NCBI RefSeq assembly: GCF_964213995.1
Contig: NW_027590121.1
Coordinates: 186,001 to 250,000, forward strand
Source: Mustelus asterias
Taxonomy: Eukaryota
Length of the DNA stretch: 64,000 nucleotides
Reading direction: 5' to 3'
The translations under genes were made by a program, and so were the position numbers. The notes under the pieces were generated by a model. The model saw only the letters and a list, made by a program, of their open reading frames with translations. It searched no databases and had not been told where the DNA came from. Shown piece after piece: positions 1 to 11,839 of this stretch. Within the stretch, counting starts at the first letter, position 1; every line of letters begins with the position of its first letter.

Positions 1-2215
1 TTCCTTTCTTAAACAGTGGCGTAACATTAGCCGTTTTCCAATCCGCCGGCACTGCCCCAAAATCCAACGAATTTTGACAAATAACCACTAACGCATCCGT
101 TATTACCTCTGACATTTCTTTCAGTACCCTGGGATGCATTCCATCCGGGCCCGGTGACTTGTGCACCTTCAGTCCCGTTAGTCTACCAAGCACTGCCTCC
201 CTGGTAACATTAATTGTATTGAGTACCTCTCCTCCTACCAACCCTCTATCGTTAATATTCGGTAAACTATTTGTGTCTTCCACCATGAAGACCGACACAA
301 AAAACTTATTTAAAGTTTCAGCCATTTCCTCATTTCCCACTATTCAATCCCCCCTCTCGTCTTCCAACGGTCCAACATTCACTCTTGCCACTCTATTCCT
401 TTTTATATATTTGTAAAGCTTTTACTATCATTTTTTATATTTAGAGCTAGCCTGGCTTCATAACCTATCTTTCCTTTCTTTATCGCTTTCTTAGTCGTTC
501 TTTGTTGTTTCTTAAAGTTTTCCCAATCTTCCGATTCTTCACTATTTTTGGTCACTCTGTACGCATCGGTCTTTAATTTAATACTTTCCTTAATTTCCTT
601 CGTTATCCACGGCTGGTTGTCCCTTTCCTGACAGTCCTTCTTTATCACCGGAGTATATTGTTGCTGAGTACTGAAAAGGATCTCCTTAAAAATCCTCCAC
701 TGTTCCTCAGCTGTCCTACCTACCAGCTGCTCTCCCAGTCCACCTTAGCCAATTCAGCCCTCATCCTATCGTACTTCCCTCTGTTCAAACAGAGGACACT
801 GGTATGGGAGTCTACTTTCTCCTCTTCCATTTGTATCAGCAATTCGACCATATTGTGATCACTTGACCCAAGAGGGTCCTTCACAAAAACATCCTTAATT
901 CTACCTACCTCGTTACACATTACCAGATCTAAGATAACTCGTTCCCTCGTCGGTTCTGTAACATACTGTTCAAGGTAACTATCCCGACAGCATTCTAAGA
1001 ACTCTTCCTCCATCCCACCCCTTCCAACTTGATATGCAGGTTGAAGTCCCCCATGATTATTGCCGTTCCGTTTTCGCATCCATTATTTGCTTGTTTATAG
1101 CCTTCCCACCTCAACATTGTTATTTGGGGGCCTATAGACCACGCCTACTAGTGTCTTTCTCCCCCTACTATTCCTTATCTCTACCCATAACGATTCCACG
1201 TTTTGTTCCTTCGAGCCTATGTCATCCCTCACTTCTACCCTGATATTATATTTTATTAACAGAGCTACCCCACCACCTTTTCCTTCCTGTCTATTCTTCC
1301 TAAATGCCTGATACCCCTGGATATTCATCTCCCAGTCCTGGTCTCCATGCAGCCACGTTTCTGTAATGGCCACTAGATCATACTCATTTGTGCTGATTTG
1401 CACCATCAACTCATTAACTTTGTTCCGAATGCTTCGTGCATTCAGGCAAAGTGTCTTTATTCCAGCTTTTATCTGGACCCGATTTGATGAAATGCTATCA
1501 ACCTCTCCCTCGCCCTCTCCTCCTTTAACTACTTGAATGCCCTCATTCACTTGCACTCGCTCCCTCTCCTCTACCATTGATTTCGTAATTCCTCTGACCT
1601 CTGCACCCTCCCCCCATAAATTAATTTAAAGCCCTATCTACAGCCCTCGTGATACGATGCGCTAGGACTCTGGTCCCAGCACGGTTCAAACGGAGACCCT
1701 CCCATCTATACAGGTCCCATCTGCCCAAATACTGGTGCCAATGCCACATGAATTCGAAACCATTCCTTCCACTCCAATCCTTGAGCAATGCATTCGTCTT
1801 CTTAATCCTATTAACCCTGCGCCAATTCGCGCGTGGCTCAGGTAGTAATCCAGAGATTACCACCTTGTTGGTTCTGCTTTTAATTTGTTCCCAAGCTCTT
1901 CGTACTCCCTCTGCAGATCCTTAGTTCCTGTTTTGTCTATGTCATTGGCACCTACATGGACCACGACAACTGGATTTTGACTCTCCCACTCCAAATTTCT
2001 CTGCAGCCCAGATGATACATCCTGGACCCGAGCACCAGGCAGGCAACACAACCTCCGGTATTCCTTATCCTGGTCACAGAGAACAGTGTCTATGCCCTTA
2101 ACTACACTATCCCCAATTACTACTACGTTTCTCTTTGATTTCTCCATTGCAGCAGTACCCTGCACCCTCGTACTGCCGACAGTTTGCTCGACCTTCTCGC
2201 AGTCATTTTTCCCAT
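1..2215 (-). mobile_element. Degraded CR1-clade LINE: ORF1 SGNH/GDSL esterase part and ORF2 AP-endonuclease part
   Basis: Minus ORFs 1857-2165 and 1621-1863 (VVIGDS, HVGAND, GLRLNRAG) and 1095-1577, 720-1079, 403-648 (NARSIRNK, ITETWL, VYRPP, SDHN); frameshifted. Confidence 0.9.
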
Positions 2216-3002
2216 CCTCTTTTGTTGAAATCTAAAAGGCTTCCAAGCCTCAGACTTGCTAATTATTTTGCAATTTTATATATTTTCTAAGTAAAATGGA
2301 AAGTTCCCGCTCCTGAAGGACATTAGTGAAAAGATTTGACGAAATGTTGGCACCTTTGTCATTCATATTAATTGCATAAGGATTTTTGTTTCAGCTTCTT
2401 CAATGAATTGAATTGAAATTCCCCAGCAACTCGGGTAGAATTTGAACTCCTATCTCCAGAGCATTGTTTCAAGATTGTGGATTACGAATTTAGTAATTAT
2501 ATACTATACTATATGCTATACTACCTCGAGGAATATCATCACATCTAAAGTGGAACAACTGAAACTACCACTCTCCTTGAGCACAGGACCAAAGGTTGAA
2601 TCATAAATTCAGGCATCTGTTATGGGAGTTGAACACATTACCATTTGGATGAGAAGCGATGTTGATTCCACTAAAAAGAAGACTTTTAGCTGATCACAGT
2701 TAGCATTTTGACATTCTGACATTTAGCTCAGTGTGTCTAGAGTTTCGGACCTGTGTGCAGTATTACACGGATGCATATAGTTGTCAGAAGCTGGCCTTCT
2801 CTCTGTACCTCAGAATTTGTAATCTTTCACCGTTTAAATATTAAACGTATTTTATATTCATCCTGCCAAATTGGACGTTTTCACAATTTACCACATTATA
2901 CTCAACTTGGCGGGGCTTTGCCAATTAATTTACCCGATTTATGTCCCTTTATCTTCTTCTTACACGCACTTCACCATTTATTTAAGACCTATCTTTTTCT
3001 TT

Positions 3003-4003
3003 TTCTAAATGGAGGTCGGTCACCAGTGGTGTGCCCCAGGGATCTGTTCTGGGACCCTTGCTGTTTGTCATTTTCATAAATGACCTGGATGAGGAAGCGG
3101 AGGGATGGGTTGGTAAGTTTGCCGACGACACGAAGGTTGGTGGGGTTGTAGATAGTCTGGAGGGATGTCAGAAGTTACAGAGGGACATAGATAGGATGCA
3201 AGACTGGGCGGACAAGTGGCAGATGGACTTCAACCCAGATAAATGCGTCGTGGTCCATTATGGTAGGTCAAATGGGATGAAGGAGTACAATATAAAGGGA
3301 AAGACTCTTAGTGCGGTAGAGGATTAGAAGGACCTTGGAGTCCGGGTCCATAGGACTCTAAAATCGGCCCCGCAGGTGGAGGAAGTGGTTAAGAAGGCGT
3401 ATGGTGTGCTGGCCTTTATCAATCGAGGGATTGAGTTTAGGAGTCCGGGGATAATGATGCAGCTATATAAGACCCTCGTCAGACCCCACTTGGAGTACTG
3501 TGCTCAGTTCTGGTCGCCTCACTATAGGAAGGATGTGGAAAAGATTGAAAGGGTGCAGAGGAGATTTACAAGGGTGTTGATTGAGTGGCATGCCTTCTGA
3601 GGATAGGGTGAGGGAGCTCCGTCTTTTCTCCTTGGAGAGACGAAGGATGAGAGGTGTATAAGATGTTGAGAGGCATAGATCGGGTGGACTCTCAGAGGCT
3701 TTTTCCCAGGGTGGAAATGTCTGCTACGAGAGGACACAGGTTTAAGGTGCTGGGGGGTAGGTACAGGGGAGATGTTAGGGGTAAGTTTTTCACACAGACG
3801 GTGGTGGGCGAGTGGAATCGGCTGCCGTCAGTGGTGGTGGAGGCGAACTCAATGGGTCTTTTAAGAAACTCCTGGATGAGTACATGGAGCGTAATAGGAT
3901 GGAGGGTTATAGGTAAGTCTAGAAGATAGGGATGTGTTCGGCACAACTTGTGGGCCGAACGGCCTGTTTGTGCTGTAGTTTTTCTATGTTTCTATGTTTC
4001 TAT
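3003..4003 (+). mobile_element. 5'-truncated CR1 LINE (RT C-terminus and 3' tail)
   Basis: [24 protein letters not shown] motifs; (TTTCTATG)n tail near 3980-4003. Confidence 0.9.
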
Positions 4004-4039
4004 CTTTGTGTTGTCTGCAAATTTATCATCCATATCTGC

Positions 4040-4320
4040 TCAGTAAATATTACAGTGTATTCTTACAATTAATCCAGTTCTCCTTGATTACTGCTCTGCA
4101 ACATATCGGTCTGTAATCTAACAATTAATCCAGTTCTCCTGGGCAACTGCTCTGTGACACATCATGTTTAATTCAGTTCTCCTAGATTTCTGCTCTGTAA
4201 CATATCATTGTGTATTCCAACAATTAAAGCAGTTCTCCTACATTATTGCTCTCTATCATTTCACTGTGTAATTGAATAATTCATCCTGTTCTCTTGGATT
4301 ATGGCTCCCTAACATATCAA
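4040..4320. repeat. Degenerate ~55-bp tandem repeat, about 5 copies
   Basis: Recurring AATTAATCCAGTTCTCCT..A.TACTGCTCTG.AACATATC. Confidence 0.7.
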
Positions 4321-4370
4321 TTTGTTTTGCAACCCGCTCCTGAAACAGTGTACACAAAAACACGGCGAGG

Positions 4371-4386
4371 GATCGCCCTCTGGTGG
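4371..4386 (-). promoter_or_regulatory. CTCF motif
   Basis: Reverse complement CCACCAGAGGGCGATC matches the CCASYAGRKGGCR core. Confidence 0.7.
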
Positions 4387-5253
4387 TGATGTGAGGTAAA
4401 TGGCCTCTTCTGGGGAGATCAGTAAATTCTCAGATTACTGAAGGATCTTGTTGCAGGATTTTGCTGCTGTATTTTTTTCTTGTTCTCATGATTCTTATTA
4501 TAACATACTTACATTCAGGTGTAACCATGCACGGAACTAACACAAACTTCAGTCTGAATCCTCATCAATTCATTGCTTTAGCTGTTTTGAATGTTCCAGG
4601 CATTTCTGTTAAACTATATTCGTGTTACAAAATTTGAAACCACGCAATGCTGATAAGATTCGAACTCTTAATAAAGTTCTCTCCACACATTGAAAGGATA
4701 TAAATTTGACTCCAACCTCACATTTATCTGACAGATTGTCGGATTTCAGTGCACCTGCTTCAATTTTAAACTTTCCTCAGAGTTGTCATTATGATGTTTT
4801 GGCTACCATATCAGCTGTCCTCTAATGGGGCTTGGGGAATTTATTGAAATGGGAGACTGGGAGAAATTGTATGTTCTAAATTCTGCACGCTCCTGGAAAA
4901 CGGTTGAGGGAGAGAGGGGCTTTGAGACACAGAGACGAGACAGATGCTAGCGGCCAAAATATTGAGAGTGCAGCATGGACACCGAGGTGAACAGAGAACG
5001 AGGCACAGAGATAGACAGGCAGGAGTAGACATAGAAACAGTTAGATAAAGTCATTGGGCTACAATCAATGTTGTTCGATGGCCAATTCTTGACAACACTG
5101 AGCAACAAGCCAATCCTTTCATTGGGCAACGCCCCTTAGTTTCCCAATGAGTGAAGACTGCCCATGATATAAAATTACTTTTTTACATCAGAGTACAAGA
5201 GTTGACATAATTTTACAATTCTGCTGATTTTGTGGAATTCTTAAGCAGGAAGC

Positions 5254-5685
5254 ATGTTCTCCCAATTTTCTTTACTAATATTGGTTGGTTTTCCTGCCCG
5301 GTGAGTCTGTGTTTAAATAGTCACTGCCTGTTCCCAGCGTTCTCCACCAGATATTTAAGAGATTCTGTAATTTGTTGCAGGCAAAGATGAAGTGTCCCAA
5401 GATCCCCCTAAATTAACGGTTCAGGAAGGACAGACCATAACACTGCACTGCAGTTACTGCTCTGGTACATCCAGTCTCATGGGGAAGCTCCGATTTATTT
5501 ATTGACGATTTTTAACACAGGAGACATCGCTGAAGATTCTCCGAATAGATTTTCTGCTGTTTGTACAAAAGAAACAAAGCGGTCCTTTTAAGTATCGCCG
5601 GAACGCTTCTCTCTGACAGCGCACTGTATTTCTGTGCCATGGAGCCCACACTGGTGCAGAGATATAGCGAACCCCAGACTGGGAA
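5254..5685 (+). pseudogene. TCR alpha/delta-type V pseudogene (leader exon 5254-5300, V exon from 5381, degenerate RSS)
   Basis: Leader MFSQFSLLILVGFPA then GTGAGT; acceptor TTTGTTGCAG; KDEVSQDPPKLTVQEGQTITLHCSY / LWYIQSHGEAPILLL...RFSA / LSDSALYFCAM split by frameshifts, CDR1 deleted; heptamer CACACTG 5647-5653, nonamer lost. Confidence 0.85.
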
Positions 5686-5698
5686 TTCCAGTTAGTGG

Positions 5699-5712
5699 TC
5701 AGCAGAGGGCGC
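5699..5712 (+). promoter_or_regulatory. CTCF motif just downstream of the pseudo-V RSS
   Basis: TCAGCAGAGGGCGC. Confidence 0.7.
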
Positions 5713-6171
5713 GCCCGCACTGATAAACAGAAGCAATTATTTAGCCTGTGAGAGTTCAAGGTCGTAACTAAAATAACACAACACAACATTCAACATGAAC
5801 AGATGAGCAGCAACAGAGGGATTGTATTAGGTGTGTTGTAACTAACATTTATACTGCAAAATTATTTTGCAAATCAATTTATTATGCCCTCACTCACGTT
5901 TTGTATTTTCATGATCTTTTCCTGTCTATCTGATTTAATGAGCAAAACATTCTCAATCTCTACTCTCTGTATCCCATTTATCAGAGCCGGTGCATAGTGT
6001 CTATATGATTAGACCGTGCTGTTGGTTTAGACAGTTTATAGAAAATTAATGCGTTTCACAATGTACCGATTACACTCTTTAGTTAAATCAATGTTTATTT
6101 TCCTTTCGATTGAATGTTTTCTGACAGAATTGGCAGCCCAGTGTTTTGAGCTTAAAATAACCAGGCTTTAA

Positions 6172-6515
6172 CCATAAGACCAAATGACAAAGGCCAGGGT
6201 TAGGCCTCTCGACCTCTCGAGCCTGCCCTGTCATTCAATGGAATCATGGCTGTTCCAACATTCCTCACGTACACTTTACTGCCCGTTCCCCGTAACCTTC
6301 GATTCGCTTACTGATCAAAAATCTATCGAAATCTGTCTTACATATACACAATGACTCTACCCGCGCAGCTCGCTGTAGAAGTGAGTTCCAAACACTCACA
6401 ACTCTCTGAAAAAAGATATTGCTCCTCTTCTCAGTTTTCAATTAGCGCTCGCTTACTCTGAGACGATGTCCCCTGTTCCCAGACGCTTCCACGAGGGGAA
6501 ACATCCTCTCAGCAT
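6172..6515 (-). mobile_element. CR1 3' fragment
   Basis: CCATAAGACC tail and 3' UTR similar to the CR1 at 43010-43830. Confidence 0.7.
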
Positions 6516-6517
6516 TT

Positions 6518-6662
6518 TGTAAATTGAGTTTGTGTCTTTATATGCCCTGTTTGTGAACACAACACCCACTCACCTGATGAAGGGGCAGTGCTCCGAAAGC
6601 TTGTGGCTTGTGCTACCAAATAAATATGTTGGACTTTAACCTGGTGTTGTGAGGCGTCTTAC
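6518..6662 (+). mobile_element. Penelope-like element terminal fragment
   Basis: Ends ...GCTACCAAATAAA..TGTTGGACTTTAACCTGGTGTTGTGAG..TCTTAC, like the terminus attached to the GIY-YIG fragment at 44640-45155. Confidence 0.8.
6570..6606 (+). ncRNA. Minimal hammerhead ribozyme motif (Penelope type)
   Basis: CAC-CTGATGA-A-GGGGC agt GCTCC-GAAA-GC-TT-GTG: core boxes, stem II, palindromic stem III, stem I CAC/GTG. Confidence 0.7.
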
Positions 6663-7034
6663 GTCGATTGATAAAGACCTTATGCCTTTTTCATCATCCT
6701 ACTAACATGCCCTTCCGATTTCAGAGATCTGTGGCCAAAGCCGCCAAGGTTCCTTTGTTCCACAGAACACAAACTTCCAAACTTTATGGTCACGTTCTTA
6801 CCGTGGTCGAACATGTTGATTATCAGCCTGTAAATCCTTTCAGTATTGCTGAAGACTGGTGATAGGGGCGGAGCAGATTCCTGGTCAACAAAACTGCAGA
6901 GGTCAATGGCAAACCGCTGGAGTACTTTGAAATGAACAATCACAGAATGATCTAATGGACGTCCATGTTCACCAATTCCCTCTTAGGGCATGGTAACTGG
7001 AAGAGGAGGAGGTGGATGTCACAAGAGGCTTAGA

Positions 7035-7645
7035 AAGTGGACACTAAAAATTGGCAAATCATGCTGCAGCTTTATATAAGCTTAGTTAGGCCGCACTTGG
7101 AATATAGTGTTCAATTCTGGTCGCCACACTACCAGAAGGACGTGGAGGCTTTGGAGAGGTTACAGAAAAGATTTACCAGGATGTTGCCTGGTATGGAGGG
7201 CATTAGCTATGAGGAGAGGTTGGAGAAACTTGGTTTATTCTCACTGGAGCGACGGACGTTGAGGAGGACCTGATAGAAGTCTACAAGATTATGAGAGGCA
7301 TGGACAGAGTGGATAGTCAGAAGCTTTTTCCCAGGGTGGAACAGTCAATTACTCGGAGGCATAGGTTTATGGTGTGAGGGGCAAGGTTTTAAAGAGATGT
7401 ACGAGGCAGAATTTTTACACAGAGAGTGGTGGGTGCCTGGAGCTCGTTGCCGCGGGAGGTAGTGGAAGCGGATACGATAGTGACTTTTAAGGGCGTCTTG
7501 ACAAGTACATGAATGAGATGGGCATAGAGGGATATGGTCTCCAGAAGGGTAGGGGATTTTAGTTAAGTCGGGCAGCATGGTCGGTGCAGGCTTGGAGGGC
7601 GAAGGGCCTGTTCCTGTGCTGTAAGTTTCTTTGTTCATTGTTCTA
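7035..7645 (+). mobile_element. CR1 3' fragment
   Basis: LVRPHLEYSVQFWSP, LGLFSLERR; TTCTTTG-type tail. Confidence 0.9.
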
Positions 7646-8282
7646 GTGTATTCCGATGTGACTGGGCAGTCTGGATAACAATGGTTGCATAACGTTTTTC
7701 ATCAATAAAAAAATCTGATTAAAAATAATGGCAGCCACAATTCCTTATTTGTTAACCAACAAAACAACAATCTTCCATCAGAATTTAATGTATGCACTTG
7801 AAACTGAATATATTAATCCGTCAAGCCTGTTTCGACAGCACCTTGCGAACCCGGAATCTCTTCCATCGAGAAGGATAAGAGGAACAGCTGCATGAGAACA
7901 CCATATTTTGCGGGCACCCCTTCAAGCCGCACACCATCCTCATTTTGAACCATATCGCCGCTCCCTTGCGTCAAAATTCTGGAATTCATTTTCTGTTTAT
8001 GAGTACGGGCAGAGGACAACAAATTTAAAAAAGTATGGAAGGAGAATTGAAAGAAAGTGAGACATTACGAGTGCGAAATACACAACCAAATGATGCGAGA
8101 AGGACAGAAAGGAAGAGATTCAGAAACGACCCAGAATGCATTGTTCTTTCAAATTACTCATATTTCCCTAGCGTCTATTTATGTAGTTGAATTATTTGAA
8201 AACACGTCTCTCAATAAAAGACCGCCAGCGACGGTCCATCGACAACCTTGCACTTGCGGACAGTGTCACGTACCCTGAGTCA

Positions 8283-8296
8283 CCATCAGAGGGCGT
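8283..8296 (+). promoter_or_regulatory. CTCF motif in a CpG-rich stretch between the V segments
   Basis: CCATCAGAGGGCGT. Confidence 0.55.
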
Positions 8297-8446
8297 TGTC
8301 GTCACGTGTTTCTCCCAACTTTAAATGATGGCGACAAAACCTATAGTACCATTCGCATACCGTTGCTGTTGGCAGTAACATCCGCAGTCCCATTTTTCTG
8401 CTCCCTCTCTCTCTGGTCCACCTCACGTGCCCCCCATTACGAAATG

Positions 8447-8733
8447 GCCGGCACGCTGGCACAGTGGTTAATAGTCCTGCCTCATTGCAAAGGGGGCCCA
8501 GTTTCAATTCCGGCCTTGGGCAACTGTGTGAAGTTTTGACGTTCTTCCCGTGTCTGCGTGCGTTTCCTCCCACAGTCCAAAAATGTGCAAGTTAGGTGGA
8601 TTAGTCATGCTAAATTAGGGGGAATAAGGTGAGTAAATACGTGGGCTTACGGGGATAGGGTCTTGGTGTGACTGTTGTCGGTGCAAGCTTAATGGGCCGA
8701 ATGGCCTCCGTCGGCACTGTAGTGATTCTATGA
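8447..8733 (+). mobile_element. HE1-like V-SINE with CR1-derived tail
   Basis: tRNA-like head, TTCTTCCCGTGTCTGCGTG core, GGGCCGAATGGCC...GATTCTATG tail. Confidence 0.85.
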
Positions 8734-10189
8734 AGAGACTTCTGTCGAATTACTTGTTTGGCACTGGTTGTATCAGAAATGCGGGCGGAGCTATGGGCGT
8801 TGTGCGGGCGTGAGTCTGCAGTTCCACTCCAGGAGAATATTTCCTGAACTGCAGCGTTACTGATTCGGGAGAAGGAAGCAGAAGGACAGCAGTCAATATT
8901 TTTCACTTTTTCAATTAGCGTTTCCTTCCCAATTAAAAGTAAAGAACATGCTGTTATCGTGACTGTTGTAATTTAGGTATTGCTATTCGTCAAATGATGA
9001 CTACTCTTCTTTTAAAAATTATTAATTGGGCGTCAGTCACAAGACCAAGACTTTGTCGATCACTAATTGTCCTCGAAACGGCCTGGGCAATTTGAGAGTT
9101 AGTCATATGGTTGTTGATCTGCAGTTACACACAGACAAGGCCAGGCTAGGAAGGCAGATTTCCTTCCACAAAGTGCATTAGTGAACCAAGCGGATTTGCA
9201 GTGACAGCGTTCGCAACCATCAATGCGAGTAGCTTTCAATATCAATTAATCACATTTACATTGAACCAGCTGCTGGGGTAGAATTTTGACTGCTTTTATC
9301 CAAAATCGAAGTTAAATGTAACCAGTTGATATGATGGGATTGAACTACTTTTCCCAAAGCATAATTCTGGGTCCCTGAACTACTTGTCCGTGACCCCATG
9401 TTGATAATGATTAAGAAGAAAAAGCGGAAGTTCTTGAAGTTGACTCGTCCCAGTATATTATATGAGAATGGGGCCACAACTACAAAGTGCATCTTGTCGT
9501 CCCTGAGTGGACCTTTGAAAAGGAAGTGTCATAATTAGCTGCACCATGACAATTTGCTATCCTAACCCTACTGATTTCAGGCATGGTCAGGTTTCAGTAC
9601 AGCATCCACAGTACGCGTTTTACATTATCTCAGGAACAATAAACAGGCAACTAGAGCTCACTGATCGATTTCCCTGTTCCTTTAGTAAAACAAGGACGAT
9701 TACAAAGCCCATCCACCGATATCTGAACATTGGAACATAAAACTTAGGCTGCCTGCGAATCCGCTCGACCCTTCAGTCAGATTACAGTTCATCTGATCTT
9801 CCTTTTAAATCCACTTTACTGCATTGATCCTCATGAACCGTGACATAAATTTTAGTTAAAATGTTGGTTTCACTCAGCTTTAAACTTATTCTGTGACCCA
9901 AAGCCTCCACCGTTCTCTGGACTCTCACTGGAGTCACAGGCACGAATGCTCGGATGCTAAAGCTAAGAGAATGTGCACAGAACATTGATTGGAAATCCAC
10001 CAAATCAATCAACACTCCTTGCCCTTCCGTTCCAATAACAAAATGAAGGTCTTTTTCTTGATATCCCGTTTCCAAAGCGGAACAAATCGCCCAACAGGGA
10101 CACCGCATAGATTACAAGTTGGAGAGCTTCCATTCACTGACAGTCCTCTTATCAACTACCAATCTCACGGTGGCACTGGTGAGACACGG

Positions 10190-10232
10190 AATTGACGCAT
10201 GAGCATTCTGAGACACGTCATCAGATTATAAA
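10190..10232 (+). promoter_or_regulatory. V-segment promoter: two CRE-like sites and a TATA box
   Basis: TGACGCA, ACACGTCA and TATAAA about 65-105 bp upstream of the leader ATG; CRE sites are typical of TCR V promoters. Confidence 0.6.
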
Positions 10233-10296
10233 GGGTGGGGATTAGAATGGGTTTCTTCAAATATCGGATTCCCCCTTTACAGAGCGGACAGAGACA

Positions 10297-10754
10297 ATGC
10301 GGGTACTCGGCATCTGGATTGTGTGGGGGGCATTTCTAACAGGTATTTCTGTACATCACGTATGTTTTCTCATTTCCAAAATTTGGGTTGAATCTTACTG
10401 TTGAGTCACGTCACTCTATTCTTTATCTATTTGAACATATTTTCCAGATCTGACCCATGGAGATTCTGTCACTCAGTCGCTGTCCTCAGATGTTAAGACA
10501 GAAGGAGACGCGGTGACATTAAACTGCAACTATGATACTGCAGAAACCTACTATTATTTATACTGGTATCGACAGCATCCAGACTCCCAGCCCGAGTACA
10601 TTCTGAGGAAATATTCGGAGGGTAATGAATATAAAGCAGATTTTGCTAAAATCCGTTTCTCGACTGATCTCCAGACCTCGAAGAAATCCATCAGTTTGAC
10701 TATCTCGGATCTGCAGTTGTCTGACGCGGCCGTGTATTACTGCGCTTTCAGCCT
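10297..10754 (+). CDS. Intact TCR alpha/delta-type V gene segment (leader exon 10297-10342, phase-1 intron, V exon 10448-10754)
   Basis: MRVLGIWIVWGAFLT|DLTHGDSVTQ...VTLNCNY...LYWYRQ...RFS...LQLSDAAVYYCAFS; GT-AG intron; open frame with both Cys and the conserved Trp. Confidence 0.95.
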
Positions 10755-10793
10755 CACAGTGATGGAAAGCAGCCTGACTCCTGTACAAAAACT
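10755..10793 (+). other. Recombination signal sequence with 23-bp spacer
   Basis: CACAGTG (10755-10761), 23 nt, ACAAAAACT (10785-10793). Confidence 0.95.
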
Positions 10794-11170
10794 GTCTCAG
10801 CAAGATAAGTTAGAGCTCCTCGCTGCTGTATAGAACTTCTGGCAGATGCAGCCACAATGAGCAGCGGCGCTGTCAGCCGCTCAAACATGCGCTGACAGGA
10901 AACCACATTCACCTCGGATCAACTGTCACCCAACTGGTTCCAGGAGAGGCTGAGAAAACAAACTGCAGAATCAATTAGGGCGACAGGTCCATCACATAGT
11001 CAATGCATCAATTAAATCGTCCCTTCTGCTACTAATCAGTTCTGTATTCCTCTATAATCAAATCTGGATTTTAAAATCAAGCCGAGAAATAGATTGCTAA
11101 CACCAAATATCCGTCAAACCTCGCCGTGAAGCGTCACACAGACAGCAGGCGTACAGCTTACCATGTTTGT

Positions 11171-11255
11171 GGCTCGTTGGTCTGGGGTATGATTCTCGCT
11201 TGGGACAATTGCATTTAGATGCGATAGAACTTGGGTTCGTATCCTGGCCGAGCCT
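11171..11255 (+). tRNA. Degenerate tRNA-Pro with a 14-15 nt insert at the canonical intron site (probable pseudogene)
   Basis: GGCTCGTTGGTCT-GGGGTATGATTCTCGCTT...GGGTTCG.ATCC.GG.CGAGCC matches vertebrate tRNA-Pro; T6 terminator at 11263; weak T-stem. Confidence 0.75.
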
Positions 11256-11267
11256 AAAACACTTTTT

Positions 11268-11390
11268 TATGAATAGGATGGGAATCCCGGAAGGGTCGGG
11301 GGTTTAAGTTCAGTCGGGCAGCATGGTCGGTGCACGTTTGGAGGGCCAAAGGGCCTGTTCCTGTGCTGTAATTTTCTTTGTTCTTTGTTC
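11268..11390 (+). mobile_element. Short CR1 3' end
   Basis: GGGCCTGTTCCTGTGCTG followed by (TTCTTTG)n. Confidence 0.8.
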
Positions 11391-11839
11391 CTCTGATTCC
11401 GAAGTCCCTATTAAATAGAAACATTCACAGTTTACAAATAAACAGAACAGAAACCTCCCTCGAAACACATCATGATATTCTCATTTTACAGGATATTGAA
11501 AGAGGAATTACAGGCTGAAATCTCAAATGTCACGTCTAGATCTGGCAGTCATATTCCTTGGGAGTGAAATATCATCGGCCTTTGAATCTTGAAGGGGAAA
11601 TGTTTGTCCAGTCTGTCGATTTGAAAAAAAATTCAAACATCAGTGTGACTGGAACAGCACCAACACACTGCCACACTCGAGTGAGAGTGTTCCAATGCAC
11701 TGACTGAAGAGCTTTAACCAGTTACACAGCCTGAATAAATATCACACCATTCACAGTGAGGAGAGACCGTACTGGTGTTGTGCCTGGACGAGGTTTCAAC
11801 TGATTGTCCACCCAAGAGAGCGGCAAGGACACCTGCACC

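Noticed and set aside
4345-4362. AACAGTG and ACAAAAACA as an RSS
   Set aside because: Spacer far too short, no CAC, and no V/D/J coding sequence adjacent
10835-10875. CTCF site after the intact V
   Set aside because: Core spacing does not fit the consensus
11646-11648. Conserved TGA as selenocysteine or read-through codon
   Set aside because: Most copies are frameshifted between the TGA and the real ORF, and I saw no convincing SECIS in the 3' UTR
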